DNA of 64,000 bases, from contig CAZIDF010000008.1 of the NCBI GenBank assembly GCA_964538085.1, forward strand, positions 80,466 through 144,465, given 5' to 3'. Origin of the DNA: an uncultured Eubacteriales bacterium (GTDB taxonomy: Bacteria; Acidobacteriota; Aminicenantia; Aminicenantales; Aminicenantaceae). A model generated the notes under the pieces. That model was not told the origin of the DNA, ran no database searches, and worked only from the letters and a program-made list of their open reading frames with translations. The translations under genes and the position numbers were made by a program. Shown piece after piece: positions 41,311 to 51,088 of this stretch; the stretch's first letter is position 1; every line of letters starts with the position of its first letter.

Positions 41311-42237
41311 TTAAAATAGATTTTTTTCGTACCAAAATTCTCGCGATTTCACGCGAAAACCCATTGTTTTGTACAGCTGTATGGCGGGAGTATTTTCGCT
41401 ATCGACCGTTAGTTCCAATGAGGAAACTTCCCTTTTTTTCAAATGTTCCCAGCATGCGAGGAACAGCTTTTTTCCCCATCCTTTTCCTTGGAAATCAGGA
41501 TCGATCCCGAACATGTGAAGCCGCCATTTTCTTTTTTCGACGGGCTTTCCCTCTCTTATAAAAGGATGCAGCCAGCCGTATCCGATGATTTTGGCATTCT
41601 CTCGAATCAGGAGGATATCCTGCCATTTGGACTGGGTAAGACGAAAAAAGTAGCGGATATCATCGGGGGAATTGGGGCAAAATCCCCAACTGCCCGTAAA
41701 AATGCGATTCTGAACCGTGGCCAGTAAAGCTGCATCTCCAGCTCGAAAATGTTCCACAGGAACAGAATCAACTGTTTTCTTATGCGGACCTGCCAGAACG
41801 GCTTCCATCCCTAAAAAACACCGGGCTTGAGAGAAACCCAGCTCGACAGCAAAATTTCGGTTAAACTTGTCTTCTTCTGGAGAACTGAGGTGAGCCACAT
41901 GGGCTCCCTGTTGTCGACCTCGCTCACAGCCATACTTCACCAGTTCTCTCCCAATTTTTTTTCTCTGGACGCCAGGATGCACGAACCATTCGATGATCGC
42001 CCGGCCTATGCGAAGCTCTGTCGTCACATCGACGATACCCACGAGCCTCCGGTTCAACTCGGCGATGAATAGGTCCTTTTCTAATGAATAATTGGACCGG
42101 CCCAGATTATTTTTGACGACCGGAGATCCCCCTTGCCAGATTTCGCCCTTCATATGATACGCGTAGCGAAAAAAGCTTTGAAATTTGGCCCAATCTCGAG
42201 ATGTGGGATTTGTGATGGAGAGCGATCCAGTGTACAT
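41311..42237 (-). CDS. two-domain GNAT N-acetyltransferase (MshD-like architecture)
   Basis: It is 308 aa with two GNAT cores (VHPGVQRKKIGRELV...; IDPDFQGKGWGKKLF...). Confidence 0.7.
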   Translation of the reverse strand: MYTGSLSITNPTSRDWAKFQSFFRYAYHMKGEIWQGGSPVVKNNLGRSNYSLEKDLFIAELNRRLVGIVDVTTELRIGRAIIEWFVHPGVQRKKIGRELVKYGCERGRQQGAHVAHLSSPEEDKFNRNFAVELGFSQARCFLGMEAVLAGPHKKTVDSVPVEHFRAGDAALLATVQNRIFTGSWGFCPNSPDDIRYFFRLTQSKWQDILLIRENAKIIGYGWLHPFIREGKPVEKRKWRLHMFGIDPDFQGKGWGKKLFLACWEHLKKREVSSLELTVDSENTPAIQLYKTMGFRVKSREFWYEKNLF

Positions 42238-42330
42238 GATTTAATCGGGGATGTTCCCCAAAGGCAAGGATTGTATCAGAGAATATGTTAATATACAATT
42301 TCTGACACATTATTTTAGAGAGGGAATGAT

Positions 42331-43035
42331 ATGACTGAAAAAAAAGCCGATTTTCTGGTGTTCACGCCACATCCAGATGACGCTGAATTCGGAACCTCTG
42401 GCACCGTGGCCAAGCTGACGCAAGAGGGAAAAACAGTCGTGTATATTGTCTGCACCAACGGAGACAAAGGCACGGATGATATAAATGTGCTCCCTGAGGA
42501 TCTTGTCAAGATTCGAGAAAAAGAACAAGAGGAGGCAGCGAAAATTTTAGGGGTCCAAGAAGTGATATTTCTGCGCCACCCAGACCAGGAATTGGAGGAT
42601 ACTCCAGAATTTCGCAAAGAAATTGCCAAATACATTCGTATGTACAAACCTGAAATCGTGATCACGGCTGATCCCTATCGGCGATACGTGTGGCACAGAG
42701 ACCACAGGATCGTCGGCAGAGTTGTCATGGATGCCATCTTTCCTTATGCCAGAGATGTGTGGGCCTACCCGGATTTCATGGACTTGGGGCTTCTCCCTCA
42801 CAAAGTCAAAGAGGTGTGGCTGTGGGCACCTGAAGACCAGGATATCAACTTTCGTTCAGACATCACGGAAACCTTCGAAACCAAGGTCAAAGCATTGAGC
42901 TGCCATAAAAGCCAGATCAAGGAGCCATTCAAATCAGAGATGGAAAAATGGCTCTGTAAGCGGGCAAAAGACATGGCAGAAGGTCAAGCGTTCAAGTTGG
43001 CGGAAGGCTTTCACCGTGTTGAAATATGGTTTTAG
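42331..43035 (+). CDS. PIG-L/LmbE-family N-acetylglucosaminyl deacetylase (BshB/MshB-like)
   Basis: FTPHPDDAEFGTSGT...VVYIVCTNGDKGT matches the LmbE signature, and the 234-aa length is BshB-like. Confidence 0.8.
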   Translation: MTEKKADFLVFTPHPDDAEFGTSGTVAKLTQEGKTVVYIVCTNGDKGTDDINVLPEDLVKIREKEQEEAAKILGVQEVIFLRHPDQELEDTPEFRKEIAKYIRMYKPEIVITADPYRRYVWHRDHRIVGRVVMDAIFPYARDVWAYPDFMDLGLLPHKVKEVWLWAPEDQDINFRSDITETFETKVKALSCHKSQIKEPFKSEMEKWLCKRAKDMAEGQAFKLAEGFHRVEIWF

Positions 43036-44275
43036 ACCGAAAATCGATCTTCAGCAGTTCTTCGAAAATCCGATAAATTTTTTCGGCTGTTCTGTCCCAT
43101 GAAAACCTGCGGACAACGTCCTCTCTGACCGAGGCTACACTCCAGAGTTTTTTACGATGATCGAACAAATTTTCTATCGCGTGTAAAAGGGAGACAGGAT
43201 CACCCGGACGAAAAGAAAATCCATTTTTCCCCTCTTTTACAATGTTTCTCATTCTCCCGACCTGACTGACGATGATCGGTGTCCCGCAAGCCAGGGCTTC
43301 CACTGTTACGAGGCCAAATGATTCATACAACGAAGGAACGATCAGGGCATCGGCAACAGAATAATATTTACGGAGCTTAGAATGGTCGATCGATCCTAAA
43401 AAACTCACTTTATTTTCAAGCCCAATTTGTTCGGCCTGTGCTTCTATGCGAGAGACTTCCTCGTTTTCGAATAATTCTTCTTCCATTTTTCCTCCCCCGA
43501 TGACAAGAAGCTTGGTCTTTTCGAAGAGGAGAGGATTTTTTTGCTTCATGATTTTCAAGGCCTCGATCACGAGGGCAAGTCCCTTTACAGGTTCGATTCG
43601 TCCCACGAACAGGAGAATAAAATCATCCTTTCGGATCCCCTTTTTATTCAGAAACACCCGGTTCTCTCCTGGATAAAATAGCCTCGGATTCACACCAGGA
43701 TGCACAACTTCTACCTTTGAGGGAGAAATGCCATATTCCTTGACCAGACTTTCCCTTTCTTCTTTGGATGGCGAAATGATCAAGTCGGAATCGTTGGCGA
43801 TATATCGCTCCGAATTTGCCCGGTTGCTGTGTTCCTTTTGGCCCAATGCCCTCCTCTTGATGAACCCGAGAGTGTGATAGGTATGAACGAGAGGCAAACC
43901 TAATTTTCGTTTGATGAAAATCCCAGCTAATCCTGAAAGCCAGTAGTGGGAGTGGACAATATCATAGTCTTCCTTTTGGCGGTGGATATACTCTTCCAGA
44001 TTTTTCGAGAATTCCGGAATAAACGGATACAGATCCGTCCGATCGATAGCAGTCTCCGGGCCTCCCCTCAGCTGGACAACACGGATCTGTGGGGAAATAT
44101 CCTTGGCCTCCACACAAATGGGGTCCTTGGCACGCGTGAGAATGTCGACGCTGACGTGCGGGAAATCTACCAATCCGGCTGTCAACTCGCGCAGGTAAAC
44201 ACTCATGCCTCCACTTCCGTTTCCGCCTAAACTGGAATACGGACAGCTGTGAAAGCTGATCGTGCAGATTTTCAT
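42992..44275 (-). CDS. GT4-family retaining glycosyltransferase (MshA/BshA-like)
   Basis: It has the GT-B fold with an EX7E region and the N-terminus MKICTISFHSCPYSSLGGNGSGGMSVY. Its 3' end overlaps the convergent LmbE gene by 44 nt. Confidence 0.8.
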   Translation of the reverse strand: MKICTISFHSCPYSSLGGNGSGGMSVYLRELTAGLVDFPHVSVDILTRAKDPICVEAKDISPQIRVVQLRGGPETAIDRTDLYPFIPEFSKNLEEYIHRQKEDYDIVHSHYWLSGLAGIFIKRKLGLPLVHTYHTLGFIKRRALGQKEHSNRANSERYIANDSDLIISPSKEERESLVKEYGISPSKVEVVHPGVNPRLFYPGENRVFLNKKGIRKDDFILLFVGRIEPVKGLALVIEALKIMKQKNPLLFEKTKLLVIGGGKMEEELFENEEVSRIEAQAEQIGLENKVSFLGSIDHSKLRKYYSVADALIVPSLYESFGLVTVEALACGTPIIVSQVGRMRNIVKEGKNGFSFRPGDPVSLLHAIENLFDHRKKLWSVASVREDVVRRFSWDRTAEKIYRIFEELLKIDFRSKTIFQHGESLPPT

Positions 44276-44280
44276 CGTTT

Positions 44281-45282
44281 CTATTCTCTTGGTCTCAATT
44301 TTAAGCTGTATATTTTACTTTCTTCCGCGCCAAAAAAATACTTATATTTTTCCCCTCCTCTCAGGAAGTCTGCGATTGAAATTTGATTAGCTATAGCATG
44401 CTTGATCGCACGATCGAAAAGATAGAATCCAGGGCTGTAAGACGCATAATCTCGATCATAGGCAATATTATAGAAATACAATATGTCTTCAAACCAAAAA
44501 TTCAACAGGGCGGCTATAAATCTATTTTCGAAATACAGCATGTTTAATTCCACCCAACTCTCGGAAGAAAAGTGATCGGTAAGAGTTTGGAAAAAATCGG
44601 ACATCTCTCGTTTCTGCCAAAATTCCCGTTTCGAGAGATTGCTCCTTTTGTGCAGAGATATGAACTCTTGGATGGCAGGCTTCAATTCCTCGGACGTTTT
44701 GATTTGCTCATACCGAATATGCCCTAATGATTCCAATTTCCGGATTTTTCTGCGAAGTTCATGTCGATTTTTTCGGCCGAGGTTCGTGACATATTCCTGG
44801 TAGGAGCCCGGCAGTCTCAAGATCGGGACACTTTCCCCCTCCTTTATTTCGCAGGTCATATTGTGTTCGTTTGCCAATCGAGGGAGGACCGACAAAGTGG
44901 GAGAAGATCCGGGAATGTTGATGAACTCTGCATGAGAATATTCGGGAATATTCCTTTGCAAATGATCCAGCAAGTCTCCATAGAACTCATCATGTTTTTC
45001 TGCATTCGAGAAAAAATCGCAGTAATCCGTCACTTCATGACTGGCAATAAATCCAAGCACATTGTTGGATTCCATCAAAGGGGCGATTCCGACAAGAGAT
45101 TCCGACCTATCTCGAAAAAATAATATTTCGAGTTCTCTATCCCGTCCAAAATTTTGCCACCAGGCATCGAACCACTGATGTGCAAGAAACGGGCTGTTCT
45201 GACCGGAACAAGATAGAAGCGCATTCCACTGCTGCCTGGTTTCGATGAACCTTTCATATCTGGCTATCCGCTCGACTTCCAT
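44281..45282 (-). CDS. Fem/CelD/BioF2-like acyl- or aminoacyl-transferase (GNAT-fold, Acetyltransf_6-like)
   Basis: It is 333 aa, and family resemblance (FemAB-like fold) is judged from length and pattern only. It lies immediately upstream of the GT4 gene on the same strand with a 5-nt gap. Confidence 0.45.
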   Translation of the reverse strand: MEVERIARYERFIETRQQWNALLSCSGQNSPFLAHQWFDAWWQNFGRDRELEILFFRDRSESLVGIAPLMESNNVLGFIASHEVTDYCDFFSNAEKHDEFYGDLLDHLQRNIPEYSHAEFINIPGSSPTLSVLPRLANEHNMTCEIKEGESVPILRLPGSYQEYVTNLGRKNRHELRRKIRKLESLGHIRYEQIKTSEELKPAIQEFISLHKRSNLSKREFWQKREMSDFFQTLTDHFSSESWVELNMLYFENRFIAALLNFWFEDILYFYNIAYDRDYASYSPGFYLFDRAIKHAIANQISIADFLRGGEKYKYFFGAEESKIYSLKLRPRE

Positions 45283-45496
45283 GAATTTTCTATTTTAATA
45301 AATTGGGGACAGGATATCCATTCACCAATTAGATTGATTTGCCCTAAGGGAAAAAATTGAGAATGTTAGCCTGGCCAACCCACTCCCACCCTGACATTAA
45401 AGGAACGACAAAGCAGCTGCTCATACAGCTTTTATTTGTCTGCCGCGAATGAGCTACGATGAAGCTGATACTGTGAAATGAATAAATTTGTCATTG

Positions 45497-45631
45497 TTAG
45501 CCTGAATCATTTTACAGGTTTTGATTGCTGTAGCGGCGAGGAGATGGCTCATGAGTTGTATTATGTATACTGCGATTGGGCCATGACGATGCCGATGCAG
45601 TGAGATTAGCCTGTAAAATGATTCAGGCTAG
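45497..45631. repeat. inverted repeat: 22-nt arms (45497..45518 and 45610..45631, 21/22 match) flanking about 91 nt
   Basis: Arm 1 is TTAGCCTGAATCATTTTACAGG; arm 2 is CCTGTAAAATGATTCAGGCTAG. Additional TGTTAGCCTG/ATTAGCCTG copies occur at 45371, 45493 and 45605. The element is intergenic. Confidence 0.85.
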
Positions 45632-47661
45632 AACATGTAGGCGAATTTGAGGAACAGAGTATGCCCCTGTCTTCCTCTCTCGCCGAATTCCCCTGTTCCC
45701 TTTTGGTAAGCGACTTGAATGGAGCCGAACGGAGGCTGGAAACGGTAGACAAAAAGAACCTGTACATTGCTCTTGTCGATCACGGTGTTCAGTTGATAGA
45801 AAAGTTTGATGAACAGATCGTTCGTGAAATAATTCGTAGCACGAACGACATGAATCCATGTGCTCTCATTTTCCGGATCAGGATCGAACAGCACGCGTTC
45901 TAATCCGTAAGAAACCGAAAGGTCTTGTGTCAGTTTGAAGTTGACATTCCCCTCGAGAAGCTGGAAATCCCTATCATAATTTTTCCCGAAGCTGTAGGCG
46001 ACAGAAGCATGCTGCCACTCTCGGGTGTTATAACCGATACCGATCTCACTCTGCCGGTTCCGGAATTCTTTCTCATACAACTTGAACTCCTCATGATGTT
46101 CCAGTGTGACAGAAAATTTATTTTTCAAATCGAAACCCACTTCTTGATCGATCTTCCAGCTGCGCAACGTTCCGTCCAGGCCCCAATAGATGTTGTAGTT
46201 GGAACTATACTCGATGCGCTGGAATCCCCAATTCTTAGGAAAGAACGTCTTTTCCACGGCCGAATCCAGTTCTCTCCGGTTGTCATCCCGGATAAATCCC
46301 ACTTCGTTAGCATTGTCAGCAAAGTTTCTCCCCAGTTGGGTGTACCGTATATGAATATGAAAGGTAGTGGTGTCATAACTGGGACGGAGGAAGAAAGCGA
46401 TGTTATCGGTATTATGGTCTCCATAACTCAGGGCAAACTGGCCGGTGAACTTGAATGTATCCGAAAAGTAGAGGGCTGTATCGATACCAGTAGTGCCCCA
46501 ATTTTTGCCATTGACGAGCTTGTTTGCCGCGATGAAACCGATGTTCGAGGATTTCATCACATCCTTTTTCAGGCGGAATACCGTGAAATTGGCCGAATCC
46601 TCGCCTCTTTCTTCATCTTCTCTTGTCTGGGTAGTTAACCCCTGAAACTCAAAGCCCCCGACCTTCCCGTAGACTTTGGCACCCCCATAAATATCTGAAA
46701 TTCTCCTTGAATAGAACAACTGGATTCGCTGCTGGTAGATCTCGCTCCCCTCCAGGAAAAAGTTTCTCTTTTCTGGAAGAAAGGTTTCGAAACGGGTAAG
46801 GTTGATGACCTCTTGATCCGCCTCGACAGTGGCAAAATCAGGATTGATGCTAAGGTTCCCTGAGACCGTCTGAGAAAAGGCATACCGGGCATCCACACCC
46901 ACATCCGCTGTCGTTTTTTGCCCTTCCTGTGCTTTAGCGATGATATGGGGAATGATCTGGAATTTTTTCTCAGATTTCTTCAGATCCAGGCCCTTCAATT
47001 CGCCGAATTGGGAAACCTTGTATGCAGATTCCAAAGGCCCTGTCCAGAAGCTGAATTCCAGTTTTCGGGGAATCCCACGTCCCAAGCTCAATCCCCACGT
47101 TTTTCCATCTCCCGGTTTGTATTTGATACTGCTGAGCTCGACGGCAAACTCAGCCGTCCACCCAAATTCGGCTCGATGTGCTCCTGACTTCCAAATTCCA
47201 TCCCAGGTGGAATCGAATGTACGGCCGTTTTCCGTGATTCGGCCATCCCATTGGGTGCCCAGCAGATTGGTACACACATAATAACACGTTCTCCGGTCGT
47301 GAAAAGTATCGAGGAGAACATACACCGAGTCATCCGAACGGATGTCGGTATCCCTCTTTGTCATCCGTCCCACTATTTTATCCGGCTCCGAATCGTAACA
47401 CCAAAAACCGATATAGATATATCTGTCATCGAACAGGACTTTGACAACAGTCCTTTCTGAAGCTGATTTTCCCTTTTCGGGCTGCAGCTGGATAAAATCC
47501 GTCGCTTCAGGCGCAGATTCCCAAATCGATTCATTCAAAAGGCCATCCACTAGAATGGGCGAATCGGTTTTTATCCCTAACAACTCTTTGGATTTCCATT
47601 GGGCAGCCAGGATCGAAGACAAGAGAAAGAAACAGGCCAAAATGGAAAAGAGCTTTTTCAT
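45628..47661 (-). CDS. outer-membrane protein with N-terminal CBM9-like (DUF5916-type) domain
   Basis: The signal peptide MKKLFSILACFFLLSSILAA is present. The N-terminal ILVDGLLNESIWESAPEATDF...VKVLFDDRYIYIGFWCYD resembles CBM9/DOMON-like modules. The C-terminus FAYMF is a typical barrel terminus. Confidence 0.45.
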   Translation of the reverse strand: MKKLFSILACFFLLSSILAAQWKSKELLGIKTDSPILVDGLLNESIWESAPEATDFIQLQPEKGKSASERTVVKVLFDDRYIYIGFWCYDSEPDKIVGRMTKRDTDIRSDDSVYVLLDTFHDRRTCYYVCTNLLGTQWDGRITENGRTFDSTWDGIWKSGAHRAEFGWTAEFAVELSSIKYKPGDGKTWGLSLGRGIPRKLEFSFWTGPLESAYKVSQFGELKGLDLKKSEKKFQIIPHIIAKAQEGQKTTADVGVDARYAFSQTVSGNLSINPDFATVEADQEVINLTRFETFLPEKRNFFLEGSEIYQQRIQLFYSRRISDIYGGAKVYGKVGGFEFQGLTTQTREDEERGEDSANFTVFRLKKDVMKSSNIGFIAANKLVNGKNWGTTGIDTALYFSDTFKFTGQFALSYGDHNTDNIAFFLRPSYDTTTFHIHIRYTQLGRNFADNANEVGFIRDDNRRELDSAVEKTFFPKNWGFQRIEYSSNYNIYWGLDGTLRSWKIDQEVGFDLKNKFSVTLEHHEEFKLYEKEFRNRQSEIGIGYNTREWQHASVAYSFGKNYDRDFQLLEGNVNFKLTQDLSVSYGLERVLFDPDPENESTWIHVVRATNYFTNDLFIKLFYQLNTVIDKSNVQVLFVYRFQPPFGSIQVAYQKGTGEFGERGRQGHTLFLKFAYMF

Positions 47662-47740
47662 TTTTTTCCCAAATAGTCTGACAATGTAGCACAAATAGTA
47701 TTCAAGGACAACCGCTCAACACTCGCAATGAAGAGCGATT

Positions 47741-50700
47741 TCAGAGAGTGGAAAGATAGTGTTGGGCCCAGATATGATTGATGTTCAATCCCAAGGCATT
47801 CTCGAATTCTGATTTGGCTTTTTCCTTATCTCCCTTTCCCAAATAGCTCAAGCCCAATAAATAATGCGCTTGGGCTTTCCGGAACGCTGCCGATTGCCTT
47901 TCCCCGAACTTAGCGAAAAAATCCATGTCCGCTGTCGCTTCCAATCTTTCTTCTGCAAACTGTTTCAATCCCGAAAACATCCGCATGGCATCCTCTTTTC
48001 GTCCTAATTCCCGGTAGGACATCCCTTGGTAAAAACTCAACTCAGACCATTCTCTTTCCTGCTCGATAGCCTTTTCATGATATTCTCTAGACTTTCCCTC
48101 ATCTCCCAGACTTTCATATGCTAAACCCACAAAATACTGGACTCGCGGCTCCCCTCCTCCACGAACCGGCTTGCCGACTTCCAAATTCTCTGGATACTCC
48201 AATGCAGCGAGAAAACTCCTGAGGGCGCTCTCATAACCTCCGGATGAAAAAGATCGCAGCCCACGCAAGAGATGGGCATCGACATACACGTTGTGGATCC
48301 TCCCTCCTCCTTCCCACACATGGAAGTGATGGGTTTGGAGCAACTCGATCGCTCTTTCATAATCTCCCATCTGAACCAAAAGACCGATCTCCCGGGATAG
48401 AGCATCGTCCCTCATTCGCACAATCTCGTGGTTCTCCGCCAAGAGGGCAAGCCTTTTGTCCGGAGATACTCCCCCCGCTTCATACAAAATGTCTAACTCA
48501 TAGTAAAGCCGGGGCTCCGAAGGAGCAAACGCACGGGCCTTCTCCATGCTCTCTATCGCGCGGGCAACATCATTTTGCACCCGGGCATACGCTAATCCCA
48601 AGTTGCGATGGCATAGGGCAAAATGATCATCCAAAGATATGGATATATCCCAGTGCTTTATAGCTTCTTCCGGTTGATGGTCGAACAACAGGTTTCCCAT
48701 ATAATAGAATGCTTTAGAATCCAACGGATTTTTCTCAAGGGCTTGTTTGAGGACATCCCTGGTTTCCCATCGGAAGGGAAAACAGAAATCTGGAGGCATT
48801 TGACTGGCTCTTTTGTAATACGCGACGGCTTTATCCTCGTCTCCTTTTTTCCCAAAATAATACCCTATATAGTAATATACCATCGGAAATGGAGATTTTT
48901 GTCGCTCCAACCGGCTCAGCACATCGATCGCTTCATTCCATAATCCGGCCCTCCCGTAGTCCACAGCCAGCTCCAGAAAATTTTGAGCAAAATAATGCAT
49001 TTTCGAGTCTAATTTTTTTTGATGTGCGGCGGCTTCACTCTTGTGTCCCAACTCTGCCAGTAACATTCCTAGCTCATTGGCCGCCCAAAAGTTTATGGGA
49101 TCTTCTGACAATATCTTTTCCGCAGTCCAAGAGGCCTCTTCCTTTTTGCCGATTTTTCTCAGCAACACAGATTTCAGATTCTGTGCCCGCAAATTCATAG
49201 TATTCAATGCAAGAGATTTGTCGATAAACTCCAGGGCTTTCGGATACTCCCCCTTGATGCATGTAAGTTCTGCCAATTCATAATAACTCGCTGCTCCCCA
49301 CGCCTGACTCCACGCAGCTCTGAAAAAAGCATCATAAGCCTCGTCATATCTGTGCTGTGAACGAAGAGCCAATCCAAGATAATAGTATGCCTCCCCATCT
49401 TTTGGCCTGACGTAATTTTTTGTCGCTCTTCGCAAGGCCCGATTTAAACATTCTTCGGCTTGGACAAACATGCCCCGTTTGCAAAAGAGGATAGCCAAAG
49501 CCGTGTTGACAGCATAATTGTCCGGATCTCTTTTCAGAGCTTCCTCATAATAAGGATAGGGCTCGAGGGCTGGATTCAAGAACTGTTCCAGTTTTAATCC
49601 TGTGTGGTAGAGTTCGTCTACCGTGCCGATCTTTTCTGGGGTAGGTGGAGATTTGACCGCTTCTGGCAAGGAATTTCCTTCTGGCTTTTCGGGAACATAA
49701 CTGATCAGGTTCTCCCCCGCAGGGGAAAAAAGTGAAAATCGAAGGTTTTCCCTCTGCAAATCGATTGGAAGTTTTAGCTCCTCAAAATAGGGAGCCTGCG
49801 GAGAAATATCGATTGTCTTTTCAAACACAACTTTTTTTCCTGCCAATAAGACCAGCTTTGCACCCCGATGCGAGCGGGTTGTATTCAATCCCATCTGTAC
49901 AAATCCCTCAGGATTCGTTTCAAGATAGAGGGCGGCTTCTCTGTTGGCATTTTTTACACCCTGGATCTTCCGCAAAGGAAACCAGAGCTGCTTGACCACC
50001 CTCGCTTCAAAAGGCTGGAGCCAGCTGTAATCAGGCTGGTTGTCCGAGTAGGCTCCGACCATCAACTCGATATATGGGCCATCCGCGTCGGTCAGGATCT
50101 TTTCCCACATCTTTCCCTGCGTTCCAGTTCCCCATGTCCAGAACTTCTTGCCCGGAACGATGTGGTGATCTGCGACATGAACCACGCCGGCCTTTTTCCC
50201 ATGGTCGTATCCAGCCGAAAAATCCTCCTCACAATCCCAGGCAAAAAAGGATGTGGGAGCTGGATGGTTTTTGTACCAGCTGATGTCCACACCTTGGGTA
50301 TAATCCACACCATTGAAGACCTCGGTCGAAATCGGCCAGCGCGAAAATTGATTTTTCCCGTGGAAAGTGGCAAATTCAGTACCCGGTGGAAAGATGATCT
50401 GGTAATCCTCGTTGGCATGAACCGCCACATTGGCCCAATAAAGCATGGACTGGGCCAGAGGCGTGCGGTTGAAGAGTTTGACCGTCGCCTCCAGGTAGGA
50501 TCTCTCGGGATAAAGAGTGAGACCGATGATCCATTTGGTCCGGTGGCGGATCTCCACCTCCCCTATCCATATGGTTTTGCTGCCATCGGGATTTTCTGTC
50601 AGGGTGTAGTCGACCGGCATAAATGACGTGGCCCTGTGATGATGGGGAAAATTCCACTCCACTCCACCGGATATCCAAGCCCCCAACATACCGATCAAGG

Positions 50701-51088
50701 CGGGCTTTATGACGTTTTGGCGATAGAAAAAATCATACCCGTTGGTCTTATCCAGGGCAGAGAAAATTCTCCCGCCGATCTCCGGAAGCACGCAGATCTG
50801 CACATAGTCATTCTCGAGATACAGCGCTTTGTATGTTTTGTCCTCGTATTGGTCTGTCAGCATATCCAGCATCGGATAGGGATAGATCGGCCCTCTGGCC
50901 CCTTGATAGGCACGTCCGTTGTAGAAGAGGGGAAATTTGTCGGGTTCACCCACGAGGTAAGTGGGAATGATAAGAGACTCTTCCCAAGCCTTAACATCCG
51001 GAAAAGCAAAAGAGGATTGTGTTCCCCACAACAATACGACCATCCCAAGAACAAGCGATAGGGCACCCCATCTTTCCCTTTTTTTCAT
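47741..51088 (-). CDS. large exported TPR-repeat protein with N-terminal non-TPR domain (DUF5107-like)
   Basis: It is 1115 aa with a signal peptide. The C-terminal roughly 650 aa are TPR-like (repeated AxxYYxLGxxY patterns). Confidence 0.55.
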   Translation of the reverse strand: MKKRERWGALSLVLGMVVLLWGTQSSFAFPDVKAWEESLIIPTYLVGEPDKFPLFYNGRAYQGARGPIYPYPMLDMLTDQYEDKTYKALYLENDYVQICVLPEIGGRIFSALDKTNGYDFFYRQNVIKPALIGMLGAWISGGVEWNFPHHHRATSFMPVDYTLTENPDGSKTIWIGEVEIRHRTKWIIGLTLYPERSYLEATVKLFNRTPLAQSMLYWANVAVHANEDYQIIFPPGTEFATFHGKNQFSRWPISTEVFNGVDYTQGVDISWYKNHPAPTSFFAWDCEEDFSAGYDHGKKAGVVHVADHHIVPGKKFWTWGTGTQGKMWEKILTDADGPYIELMVGAYSDNQPDYSWLQPFEARVVKQLWFPLRKIQGVKNANREAALYLETNPEGFVQMGLNTTRSHRGAKLVLLAGKKVVFEKTIDISPQAPYFEELKLPIDLQRENLRFSLFSPAGENLISYVPEKPEGNSLPEAVKSPPTPEKIGTVDELYHTGLKLEQFLNPALEPYPYYEEALKRDPDNYAVNTALAILFCKRGMFVQAEECLNRALRRATKNYVRPKDGEAYYYLGLALRSQHRYDEAYDAFFRAAWSQAWGAASYYELAELTCIKGEYPKALEFIDKSLALNTMNLRAQNLKSVLLRKIGKKEEASWTAEKILSEDPINFWAANELGMLLAELGHKSEAAAHQKKLDSKMHYFAQNFLELAVDYGRAGLWNEAIDVLSRLERQKSPFPMVYYYIGYYFGKKGDEDKAVAYYKRASQMPPDFCFPFRWETRDVLKQALEKNPLDSKAFYYMGNLLFDHQPEEAIKHWDISISLDDHFALCHRNLGLAYARVQNDVARAIESMEKARAFAPSEPRLYYELDILYEAGGVSPDKRLALLAENHEIVRMRDDALSREIGLLVQMGDYERAIELLQTHHFHVWEGGGRIHNVYVDAHLLRGLRSFSSGGYESALRSFLAALEYPENLEVGKPVRGGGEPRVQYFVGLAYESLGDEGKSREYHEKAIEQEREWSELSFYQGMSYRELGRKEDAMRMFSGLKQFAEERLEATADMDFFAKFGERQSAAFRKAQAHYLLGLSYLGKGDKEKAKSEFENALGLNINHIWAQHYLSTL

